A DNA stretch of 64,000 nucleotides, taken from positions 2,730,001 to 2,794,000 of the forward strand of contig CM075995.1 of NCBI GenBank assembly GCA_038087875.1, read 5' to 3'. The notes under the pieces were generated by a model. It was given only the letters and a program-made list of their open reading frames with translations, ran no database searches and had not been told where the DNA came from. The DNA is from Malacoraja senta (taxonomy: Eukaryota). This document shows, one piece after another, positions 38,690 through 50,110 of the stretch; within the stretch, counting starts at the first letter, position 1, and the number at the start of each line of letters is the position of its first letter. A program made the position numbers and the translations under genes.

Positions 38690-39321
38690 GAATAATTAAG
38701 AAAGGACAACAACGCCTATACTTCCTCAGACAGCTCAAGAAGTTCAGAGTCCACAAACACCTCCTGGTACGCTTCTATCAATCCATCATTGAAAGCATCA
38801 TCACCTCCTCAATCACAGTCTGGTACGGAAACACTGACAGTCACTCACTACACAGAATACAGCGCATTGTCTCCAAGGCCTCTAGGATCATCAACTCTCC
38901 CCTCCCCTCAATCCATTCCATTTACCTCCAACGTACCTCAAAACGGGCAACAAAGATCATCTCGGATCCCTCCCATCCAGCAAACCACCTTTTCCAGTCT
39001 CTCCCTTCAGGGAGGCGCCTTAGGTCACTTGCTACAAAATCCACCCGTTTTAAAAACAGTTTCTTCCCCTCAGCAATAAGAACACTTAATTCCCTCCAAT
39101 AACTTTTTGACTTTGATGTATACAGTGTCTTGTCTATGGTTTTTGTCTGTTCTTTTGCACTATGTATTGTTGGTGGGATTTGTGATTTGTGATGTGCTTT
39201 ATTATTATTGTTATTAGTGTTAATGTGCTAAAGCAGTACCATCATGTACCGAACCCAATTACCACCAACCCTGGTCGTGTGGCAAATAAAGTTTCTATTC
39301 TATTCTATTCTATTCTATTCT
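38690..39321 (+). mobile_element. Rex1/Babar-clade LINE 3' fragment
   Basis: IKKGQQRLYFLRQLKKF...FYQSIIESIIT..ITVWYG...DPSHPANHLFQSLPSGRRLRS...RFKNSFFPSAIRTLN*; (ATTCT)n tail. Confidence 0.88.
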
Positions 39322-39458
39322 AATCAAATGAAAGGAGAAGTGGCAGGGAGTAGTGCAGGATTTGAGCAAAGATACCAAGAAGGAATTGGAGCTGTTTCAT
39401 GGAAGGAGAGGACTCTTCATTAAATAAAGAAACAAAACAGGATCTGAATGAATGAATG

Positions 39459-42400
39459 AATAGTAAGATTAAACGAGAACTTACCAGTTTGAAGTTTGAT
39501 CTTTATTTTATGAGGAGTTACGATGAGCGATTACGTGAAGAAGGCCATCAGCCCGCATGCGCGTCAATCTTCAAAGCAGCGGTGTGAAATCACAGATAAC
39601 AGTTGTTGAACTGAACATAGTAAGATTAGAGAGGACTAGAACTACCAGATGACCTTTATGATACGAGGGTTGGGAGCGGAGGGCACGTAATCGCTCATCG
39701 TAACTCCTCATAAAATAAAGATCAAACTTCAAACTGGTACGTTCTCGTTTAATCTTACTATTTTACTTCGGAGTCACGTGAGTGACTACGTGAAGATTTT
39801 AAAGTTCTGTGATTTCATGCCGTGGAAACGAGTCCACACAAGCACAACTGCATCAGTTGACCACAGATAAGGGAAACATTCATAATGCATACAGACATGA
39901 CATAGATTTAAAACATGCTGATGCTTTTTAATGAACAAATAATAATAATAGTAACCCCTCTCCTCCGGGAGGAAACTATAAAATAGAACCTAAAATAGAG
40001 TTGGCAAATACCCTTGGTCTGGCAATGGGTTATTTTAAAATGTTTGGAAAACTCGTTCGTTAGACCATCCTGCAGTCGATAGGATGTGGTCCAGCAGACC
40101 GTACATTACCCTTGCTGCTGATGTTGTAGCAGCCCTGGTGGAGTGAGATTAGAAAATATTAGTATCTACTCCTGCATAAGCCAAAACCCCGTTTTTACCA
40201 CCTGGAGACGGTCTGAACTGGTACCTTCTTATGAGGTTTTTGTAACTAACAAACATTGCTAGTATCAGAGCCTCTAAGGCTCTAGGTGACCCTGATTGTT
40301 GTAAATGTGTGACCACACATAACCGAAGGTCCATGGGGTATGCTGTGAGAACTAGTTTGAGACCTGATGCCCCTGGGCTGCTCTGCTTAACTAAATCATA
40401 AACATAAAATATTATATTATTTGCAGGTGTCACCATCCTGTCCAGTCGCAATTTATGTAATGACTGGATCCGTTGCGCTGAGACCAGCGCCATGAGGATA
40501 ACTACCTTATGAGAGCCGGGCCAAAGATAAGGATGCCCCCTGGTGAAGTAGTGTTAACACAATGTCAATATCCCATACTTCCGTGTACTTGGGCCTGGGA
40601 GAACTTGTGTTAAAGATATCCTTTATAAACTGGATATCAGAGGGTGAGACCCGACAGAGCGGGTCCCGCTCGCTGCAGCAAATATGATGAGAAGGCACGT
40701 TGGGCACAGTTAATGGCACTATAACTTAATTTGCAGATTATGCATATTCACACAATAACCCTTTAACCCATAGAATGGGTTGATCTATAGGTAGTTGATA
40801 CCAATAACTGATAACTCATGCAAATCCCATCCGCCTCCGTAACTAGAGATGGCATTCGTAATTTTCCATCTTTGAGCACTAGCACCAGTTTGTAATATAA
40901 CTGAAGATCTACTGACCAAAAACTACTGGAGCAATGCTGAATACTGTTCATCCACCATTGTGACTTTGGTAGCTTCAGCTGGTAATAGCATAGGTCTGTT
41001 AACAATGACCTACATGGCACTTGAGAGGTTACTACTTTGCACGTTGTAAGTTCTGATAATGCAAAGGCCCAATTTGCACAGCTGAAACACAGCTACTATA
41101 TTGCCAATTACACTTGATGAATAGAAGGCTGCTTCATAACAACAAGGTTGTTACAGGCTTCAATTAATTCCAATCTTTTGCCCCAGGACGGAGTCACAGA
41201 CAAATTAATAGTTAAAGGTAAATCCGAATAATCAATAACTCTAGTTGGTATCAACTTAAATTTAACTGGATGGATGAGGAACCTCAATTTCTCAAATATA
41301 GAGGCTGAAACAGTTGATTTTAGCAAAATACAGCGTTTAGAATATCATCCAGTTAAGCCATAACAAGTGTTTTTGAGCTCTGAGCAGTCCAAGCACCGGT
41401 TTAGTAATTTTGTAAATGACCTTGGAGCTGAAGTTAACCCATTTTGCGACGCATTAACTGTTATCATTGTCCCATCCGATAAATTTCAAATGTCTCCGGT
41501 GATCCCTGTGAATGGAACCTGAATAGTATGCATCTTTGACTTCGATGCTTGCCATAAAGATCCTATGGAAATCAGTTGTTAGGCCGTAACGAAGTTCCAT
41601 ATTCTGAAAAGTCTATATTGCACATGCGAGTTAAATCAAGGATGAACCGACATCCTCCATCTTTCACAATGAACAGGCCACGCCTGCCATAATTCCATTC
41701 CTGCCTCGAACGACAACTCTGGCCAGATTCCCGAGCCTGTCTCGAAAGGTAATCCTGGCCATAATACTGAGCCTGCCTCGAAAGACAACTCTGGCCATAA
41801 TTCTGAGCCTGCCTCGAAAGACAACTCTGGGCTTATTTCCGAGCCTGTCTTGAAAGGCAATCCTGGCCATAATACTGGTCCTGCCTCGAAAGACAACTCG
41901 GGCCATAATTCTGAGCCTGCCTCGAAAGACAACTCTGGCCATATTTCCGGGCTTGTCTCGGAAGGCAATCCTGGCCATAATACTGAGCCTGCCTTGAAAG
42001 ACAAATCTGGCCACAATTCCAAGCCTGCTTGGAACCCTTGTATACTGTGCAGTATAAACTAAGCACATGTTATCATTTTAGTTTATAAATGGATCTGAAT
42101 CTCATGTTATCATTGTCATTTGTACAAAAAACAAGTGTAAATATTACCAACTTGTAAATGGTCCACATACCCCATGTTTCGGAAGAACCAGACCCACCTA
42201 CCTCCATGGTTGCCGGTGATCTTATGGTAAGCCCAAAGGCCCCTGATGCGGGTTCTATTTCCGTCCTTGATTGGAGAGTAGGACTGGTAGGATGTGTGGA
42301 TTCCATATTTTTGCTGAGACCGGCTTGGACCTTGGCCTGAAAGACCTCTGCCCAGCTTTCAAGCTGCCACCAGCTTCAGTGAACTGCTTACTGCCGATGA

Positions 42401-43422
42401 GGTGTGGGGTGTGTCGTCGCTGAAATGATGAAGCTTTGTTCGCCGTCGGTACCTTGATCAGTCCGACAGCTTTTGCTTCCTCATCCAGGTATTACCTGTT
42501 GGATAAGTCTTACCTGAAGAGAAGATTCGGCGGTGAGGTTTCATTTCCTGGAATTCATGCCCCCTCCAATGTCACCCCTGATAGCGCTGTTCACTGCCGG
42601 CACTTGTAGCGTGAGGGGAACTCTGGCCCCTTCCGGGTTTTCTGCCAATGGCTGGAACCAACTCTTCCGGCAGTAACCCCTTCATTTGCGAGTATTTCCT
42701 TGAAGCCATATGCATGTGCTCCAGTATGTTCCACGGACATACTTTCGAATTTGAAGTCAGTTACACACTGACCACTCGCACTCCCCTCCACAGAAGGGAG
42801 ATTCGTAGGCAGCCCTGAAAACAGGTGCTGCCGCAGGCCCCTGAGGATACCTGCACTGATATGACCCCTCCTACGGACCTATATCAAGAACATCACATTT
42901 GTGGGATAAACGCCCGAGGGCGCTATCCATGCTCCATCTGGGTTAAACGTCCGAGGACGTTCCCAGGTATGTCGGAGGGGAAGCCTCCTGGCCTGACTCG
43001 TCCGAGTCCATAGGCCTGACCAACTTATTCTTGGATTGACCCCCTTTCTGGGGAACCACAGCGGTCTGGGAGCCGCTGACTGCATTGTCAGCGACTTAGG
43101 TAGCGAACCCGACGGCCGACGGCTACCCGCGCTTCCGCGGTCCGGACCGGGATCGCCCCACGGTCCATAACCGATTTCCCCGCGGCCCGTCCGGACTTCG
43201 CCTCGAAATTATCCAGCAGGAAAAACTCTGTAAGAAGAGATTCCTGCAAGAAAAAAACAGAACCTGGAAATAAGTTTAAAACTTATCTGCAGATTTAAAC
43301 TTACCACTGGAAGGAGCAACGGGCCTGCCAGTCAGTCGTTGCGCAATGCGTTAGATGTAATGACGCGCATGCGGGCTGACGGCCTTCTTCACGTAGTCAC
43401 TCACGTGACTCCGAAGTGAAAT
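39459..43422 (-). mobile_element. DIRS1-type tyrosine-recombinase retrotransposon, internally degenerate (copy 2)
   Basis: Right extension 39461-39537 is the inverted copy of ICR 39684-39760; ICR 39760-39796 matches the left end 43386-43422; inverted terminal repeats near 39533-39566 and 43361-43394. Decayed recombinase (MALVSAQRIQSL, HSTRAA) and RT (KDGGCRFILDL, FLIHP) on the minus strand. Confidence 0.92.
41686..42037. repeat. 36-bp minisatellite (about 9.7 units) with a 108-bp higher-order period, inside the RT region of DIRS copy 2
   Basis: Units GCCATAAT(T/A)CTGAGCCTGCCTCGAAAGACAACTCTG start at 41686+36n; every third unit is the variant ...TTCCGAGCCTGTCT..AAGGCAATCCTG. Confidence 0.95.
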
Positions 43423-44524
43423 TATACTTTATTGTCACATGTGAGAAGTCACAGTGAAATTCTTTTTTTTTTGCATACCCACGGTTCACGTTCACAAGTT
43501 ATAGGAGTAGAATTAGGCCATTCGGTCCATCGGGTCCATTCCGCCATTCAATCATGGCTGATCTCTGCCCCCTAATCCCATTTTCCTGCCTTCTCTCCAG
43601 ACCCCTTGACGCCCGTTCTAATCAAGAAGTTGTCTGTATGTAAAGAGTCGCTACATAAAGGGCACCGACAATGTTATAAAGTATCCCGCGCCATGTCCTC
43701 CTTTGTTCTCCTCCCCCTCCTCTTCCCCTTACCCTTTCCCCTCCCCCTCCCCCTCCCCCTCCCCCACAGCGGTCCCCCCACGCCAAGTCCCCCTTTGGTC
43801 CCAGCGGCAACCGGGTATGGTGAAGGCTTCTTAGATTCATGTGGAATTTTCTGCCTCAGAGGGTGGTGGAGGACGGTTCTCTGGATACTTTCAAGAGAGA
43901 GTTAGATAGGGCTATTAAAGATAGCGGAGTCATGGGGATATGGGGAGAAGGCAGGAACCGGGTACTGATTGGGGATGATCAGCTATGATCACATTGAATG
44001 GCGGTGCTGGCTCAAAGGGCTGAATGGCCAACTCCTGCACCTATTGTCTATTGTCAATTGTCTATTACGCCCTCATAATATTCTCAGGTATTTTAATGGC
44101 TTGAGATCAAAAGCTGCAACTTTGGGCTTGACCTAGAGAAAAAAAAAGTGTCTCGACCACGTACACTAATTCGTTACAGAAGCAATCATGATCAACAAGA
44201 GATTTCAAGTTCCTCTCTCCTATTTTTCCCCCCATAATTGGACTCCTGATTCACAGATGGTGCTGAATTTTAAGCCAGCCTGTTTGGTCTGGAAGGCATT
44301 TTGATACACACATGCAAAATTTTAAAGTTCTTTCATGTATCAAACACATTGTTTATGATACCAATGTAGTCTCCAGTTACTGCCACTTATAATGCGCATT
44401 GAAAACATATAATGTGATTTATATTGTAATGCTTGTGTGGTCCTGCGGCTGTGGAAATCAAATGATATTTCCACCTCATGGTAATAAAGAGAGACCACAG
44501 TAAAATGATGATATTATCAAATGG

Positions 44525-44868
44525 GAGGAATAAATCGGGTAGATGCCCAGAATCTCTTGCCCAGATTAGGGGAATCGAGGACCAGGGGACATACAATACG
44601 TTCAAGGTGAAGGGGAAAGGAATCTGAGGGGTAACTTTTTCACACAAAGGGTAGAGGGTGTATGGAACAAGCTGCCAGAGGAGGTAGTTGAGGCTGGGAC
44701 TATCCCAATGTTTAAGAAACAGTTAGACAGGTACATGGATAGGACAGGTTTGGAGGGATATGGACCAAGCGCAGGCAGGTGGGACTAGTGTAGCTGGGAC
44801 ATGTTGGCCGGTGTGGGCAAGTTGGGCTGAAGGGCCTGTTTCCACACTGTATCACTCTATGACTCTAT
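44525..44868 (+). mobile_element. CR1 LINE 3' fragment
   Basis: GNFFTQRVEGVWNKLPEEVVEAG; CTATGACT tail. Confidence 0.8.
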
Positions 44869-45763
44869 AAATGGCATGTGGCTGGTTCACAATACTCAAA
44901 GAAACAGTGACTTTGTTCGACTGTTACTTGGAAGGTTAAAGACAACTATGTAGGAAGGAACTGCATTTGCTGGTTTACACCGAAGATAGACACAAAATGC
45001 TGGAGTAACTCGGCGGGCAGGCAGCATCTCTGGAGAGAAGAAATGGGTGACCCGGAACGTCACCCATTCGTTCTGTCCAGAGATGCTGTGTGTCCCAATG
45101 AGTTACTCCAGCATGATGTGTCTAAAGACAAATATGGTTGTGCATTCAGCAGGGTACTTCTTAAACAATATTCAGGGTTTATACTTGGTCAAAGTTAAAA
45201 ATCCTCTCAGCATTCAATTGACATTGTTGAAAAATTCATGTTCTTAAGTTATACGAGCAGAATTAGACCATTCGGCCCATCAAGTCAACTCCACCGTTCA
45301 ATCATGGCTGATCTATCTTTCCCAATCAACCCTATTCTCCTGCCTTCTCCCCATAACCCCTGACAATGGGCAGTACAGTGGTGGAACTGCTGCCTCACAG
45401 CATCAGAGACCCGGGTTCGATCCTGACCTTGGGTTCTGCAGGTTTGGTTTCTTAGAAACATGGAAAATAGGCCTTTTGGCCCCTCAAACCAGTACCGCCA
45501 TTCAATATGATCATGGCTGATCAACCAAAATCAGTGCCCCTTTCCTGCTTTCTCCCCATATCCCTTGATCCCGTTAGCCCTAAGAGCTATATCTAACTCT
45601 CTCTTGAAAACATCAAGAATCAGCCTCCACTGCCTTCTGTGGCAGAGATTTTCCTCCAGATTCCTCCCACATCCCAAAGATGTGCAGGTTTGTATGTTAA
45701 ATGTCCTCTCTAAATTGTCCCTAGCATGTAGGGAGTGGATGTGAAAGTGAATGGGATACATTC

Positions 45764-46080
45764 GGGCGGTCACGGTGGCGCAGCGGTAGAGTTGCTGCCT
45801 TACAGCGAATGCAGCGCCGGAGACCTGGGTTCGATCCTGACTATGTACGGAGTTTGTACCTTCTCCCCGTGATCTGTGTGGGTTTTCTCCGAGATCTTGG
45901 GTTTCCTCCCACACTCAAAAGACGTACAGGTTTGTAGGTTAATTGGCTTGGTAAATGTAAAAATTGTCCCTAGTGGGTGTGGGATAGTGTTAATGTGTGG
46001 GGATCGCTGGTCAGCACGGACACGGTGGGCTGAAGGGCCTGATTCTGCGCTGTATCTCTTAAACTAAAAACTAAATCTAA
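45764..46080 (+). mobile_element. V-SINE
   Basis: A and B boxes, V domain, tail. Confidence 0.82.
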
Positions 46081-46254
46081 AACATAGGACTTGTGTGAAC
46101 GGGTGTTCGTTGGTCGGCGTGGACTCGGTGGGGCAGAGGCCCTGTTTTCCATGCTACAAATTTCAAAGAATCAAAAAAATACATTTAATCAAAGTGAAAG
46201 GAAAGGTTTATCCGTCCTGGATAAATTTCTGTAACCTGTCAATAAATGCTACCT

Positions 46255-47420
46255 GAGCTACAGGGAGAGGCTGAGCAGGGTCAGACTATATTCCACGGAG
46301 CACAGGAGGATGAGGGGTGATCTTACAGAGGTGTACAAGATCATGAGAGGAATAGATCGGGTAAATGCACAGACTCTTTTACCCAGAGTAGGGGAATCGA
46401 GGACCAGAGGACATAGGTTTAAGGTGCGGAGGGGGAAAGATTTAATAGGAGCATGAGCGGCAATTGTTTTATACAAAGTGGGGTAGGTGTATGGAACGAG
46501 CTGCCGGAGAAGGTCGTTGAGGCAGGACCTAACACAATATTTAAAAAACACTTGGGCAAGTACATGGATTGGATTAAAGGGTGCTCTTTTAGAAAGGGCG
46601 CTCTTTTAGAAAGGAAGTGAGGAGGAACTTATTTAGTCAGAGGGTAGTTAATCTGTGGAACTCATTGCCACAGAGGCTGCTGAGGCCAAGTCAGTGGATA
46701 TTTTTAAGGCAGAGATAGACAAGTTCTTCATTAAAGCGGGTGTGAAGGGTTACGGGGAGAAGGCTGGAAAATGGGATTAGGTGGCAGAGATCAGCCATGA
46801 TTGAATGTTGGAGCGGACTCGATGGGCCGAATGGCCAGATTGTACTCCTATAACTTGTGAACTGGTGAACTTGTGATAGATTTAGAGGGATATGGGCCAA
46901 ATGCAGGCAGGTGGAACTCGTGTAGATGGGAAATATTGGTTGACATGGGGATGTTGGGCTGAAGCAAAGATCCTATAGCGGAGCAAGATAGACCACTCCG
47001 GCTAAATGCAATGGGCTGACGTGTAGTACGCGACGGAACGGAACGTGGGCCTTTTTTTCATCCATTTCCGTAACCCGACCCGACCCGACTCGCAGTGTAA
47101 TCAACGTTGCGGGGGAACAGTTTGTGTTAATAAATTAAAATTCTGAAAATGAGGAGAAGATTTTTACCAAATAACTTTTATTGTTTCGAGGATGTTTCCG
47201 TAACCGGCTTCCGTCTCCGCACTAGTTATCTTTGCTCCGCTATGGGATATTTGGTGCGGAGACGGAAGCCGGTTACGGAAATGGGGCCTAAAATTACCCA
47301 TGAATCTGCCCATGACCGTACTACGTCTTTTTCGTCGAGTGGTCTATCTTGCTCGCTATAGGATCTTTGGGCTGAAGGGCCTGCATCCATGCTGTATGAC
47401 GCCATGACTCTATAACTCTA
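46255..47420 (+). mobile_element. CR1 3' fragment with a nested CR1 tail and a DNA-transposon insertion
   Basis: SYRERLSR...RRMRGDLTEVYKIMRGIDRV; tail resumes at 47370 after the MITE. Confidence 0.75.
46965..47369. mobile_element. Non-autonomous DNA transposon (hAT- or P-like) with an 8-bp TSD
   Basis: TIR of about 34 bp, CAAAGATCCTATAGCG(G)AGCAAGATAGACCACTC; TSD GGCTGAAG at 46957-64 and 47370-77. Confidence 0.88.
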
Positions 47421-48187
47421 TACCTTTGGGTTTGCTGTCTGACCAAAGCCGAATATTTTAGGTCACTTGTCCTGCTTGGTTTTTCCACCAGTATTAGTTA
47501 CAGATAATTATTTGTTTTTGTTTCTTGGCATTCTTCTATTAATTTCAGTTTGAATGCTATTCTGAGATAAGTTGGAAGAGAGTATGGAGACCTCACATCT
47601 GGCAAGATGCACTATTTGGCTAAATATGTCACTGTACACATCTCTGTATGTGTTTCTCAGAAACTTGTTGGCCTGTGTCAAGTTCCCAGGCCACTCTGAA
47701 GTGTTGGTCAGTTCAGAGGATGTCTCCACGAGTGGGAGAGTCTAGGACCAGAAGCCATAGCCTCGGAATAAAAGGACGTTCCTTTAGGGAGGAGATGAGG
47801 AGGAATTTCTTTAGTCAAGAGGGAGGTGAATGTGGAATTCATTGCCACAGAAGGCTGTGGAGGCCAAGTCAGTGGATATTGATAGTTTCTTGATTAGTAC
47901 GGGTGTCAGGGGTTATGGGGAAAAGGCAAGAGAATGGGATTGTGAGGGAGAGATAGATCATCCATGATTGAATGGCGAGGTAGACTTGATGGGCTGAATG
48001 GCCTAATTCTGCTCCTATCATTTATGAACATGATGTTAAAGTAAATGGAGTAACTCCGGATCAGTGTAATTGCTTTAAAGCTCATTTTAAAGTCATATAT
48101 TTCTGTCTTCAAATCCAATTTCCAAACAAATTTGGTTTTGTATTAATGACATCGATCCCACAGCCCATTTTCCTGAATGAGAATTGT

Positions 48188-48520
48188 GGGCGGCCCAGTG
48201 GCGCAGCTGATAGAGCTGCTGCATCACAGCGCCAGAGTCCTGCATTCAATCCTGACCTCAGGTGCTGTCTGTGCGGAGTCTGCACGTTCTTCCTGTGACC
48301 TCATGGGTTTCCTTCGGGTGCTCTGGTTTCCTCCCGCACCCAAAAGACTTATGGGTTTGTAGGTTAATAGGCCCCTAGTGTGTAGGGAGTGGATGAGAAA
48401 GTGGGATAACATAACACTAGTGGGAACGGGTGATCGATGGTCAGTGTGAACTCTCTGGAGCAAATGGCCTGTTTCCATGCTGTATCAGTAAACTAAACTG
48501 AACTAAACTAAACTAAACTA
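48188..48520 (+). mobile_element. V-SINE (diverged subfamily)
   Basis: GTGGCGCAGCTG A box, V domain, (CTAAA)n tail. Confidence 0.75.
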
Positions 48521-48979
48521 AATATTAATATTGGCAATATCTTTCTGTTTGATCTATGTTTTTGAATAAATAAATCCATATAATTAAATATAATGAAAAT
48601 CATGTTTTGGATTTCCGTTGAATGTTATTCATACATCACCACAGTTCCAAGTTCCCTTTTAACATGTATCTTCTCATACTATTGTATTTAGCATTTGAGG
48701 TATGGTTGAAGTGCATTTATGATATAAGGATAGATGAACAAAAGCATGCAATGTCCATAAACACTCTATTTTACTTCGGAGTCACGTGAGTGACTATGTG
48801 AAGAACCCCGCCAGAGCGCTTGTGCGTCATTACGTCAGACGCATTGGCGCAAACGGACGCGAGGAGCAGAGCTCCTCTAGTGGAATTGTAGTTTTCAACT
48901 ACAAGGTAAGTATAAACTTTTTTAAAGTATTTCCGGGTCCGTTTACTGTGGGTCTGTGGTGATTTTTTCCACAGACACC

Positions 48980-50110
48980 ATGGGAAAAAACGGGCAAGGG
49001 GAAGAGGCGAGCGACTCAGCCGACAGAAAGTCGGGAGATTGCGGTTAGCGACCAGCCGCCTCTAACCCCGGTACAGTCGCCAGCGGAGAGCGTAGCGACT
49101 GTGGACCTGGGGCTGGTGAGAAGACGGCCCACGGAGGGGGAGTCCAAGGCAATGGAAGTAGCTCCAGGGCTAGATACCGCTTTTGAGCTGATTGCCCAGA
49201 TGGAAAGCCTTGTACATAGGCTGTTGGAGCGAAGCACACTCAGGGAGGAGTGTAGCAAAACCCAAGCTGCTGAAAGCAGCTCAACAGCTCCTGGATCAGG
49301 GCTGATGGAATGCACCCTCAGGGATGAGGCGCGTGCCACGGGTCATGAGAGTTCAGACCCCGACTCTGACGGTGAGGCTGTACAAGGCGAAGAACGGCAG
49401 CTGCCAGATATTCCACCCCTGGCAGTACGATTCGCTGCCCCGTCAGGGTCAGGAGAGCCATTAGGAGAAGAATTGGCCTCCCTAATAAATTACTTGGTTT
49501 CCCATCAGCTGGAACAGCAGGAGATGGATGATACTGCAAGAAAGCATGAGACTCCAAGTAACTGTGTGTTGCTGAAAGCACCAGCAGTGAATCAAGTCAT
49601 CTGGAATCAGTTGAGTATGACTATGAGAACTCAAGAAGTGAAATTGCAGAGAATATTAAAGCTGCTGGGTTCTGGAATAACTGCTTTTACCAGAATAGCG
49701 GATAAAAGCCAAGATATGACGGAGTTGCATCAGAAAGCACTGGGGTTGCTATGCAGCACCCACTTCGAGATCAATTGTCTGAGGAAAGTGTGCTATACGG
49801 CCTACTATCAATCCTAAATTCGCAGCACTCTGCAAACCAAGTAATATACAATTACCCAACTTACTCTTTGGAGAGGATCTCGGGAGACGTATTAAAGAGT
49901 TGGAGGATGAAGCGAAAACAGCCGGATTGATGAAAACATCAATGGTTGGAAAGTCTGTAAAGAGGAGGTATCCTTTCAGACATCATACGGATCCTGGACC
50001 AGGACCAAGTCGCTCATCAACGCAGGGACGTAGCTAGCGGCCTGCAGCGGGAGCAAGAACCAGTGGGGGTGCTTCCGGGAGAACCCAGGGACCTCAGGGT
50101 ACTCAAATGA
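48980..50110 (+). pseudogene. DIRS ORF1 (gag-like), frameshifted
   Basis: Kozak-type ACACCATGG at 48980; one extra A in an A6 run shifts it out of the 49101..49817 frame; second shift near 49790; distal KFAALCK...LLFGEDLGRRIKEL. Confidence 0.75.

Noticed and set aside
41686..42037. CRISPR-like array (36-bp repeats)
   Set aside because: Units are contiguous with no unique spacers, there are no cas genes, and the context is a eukaryotic transposon.
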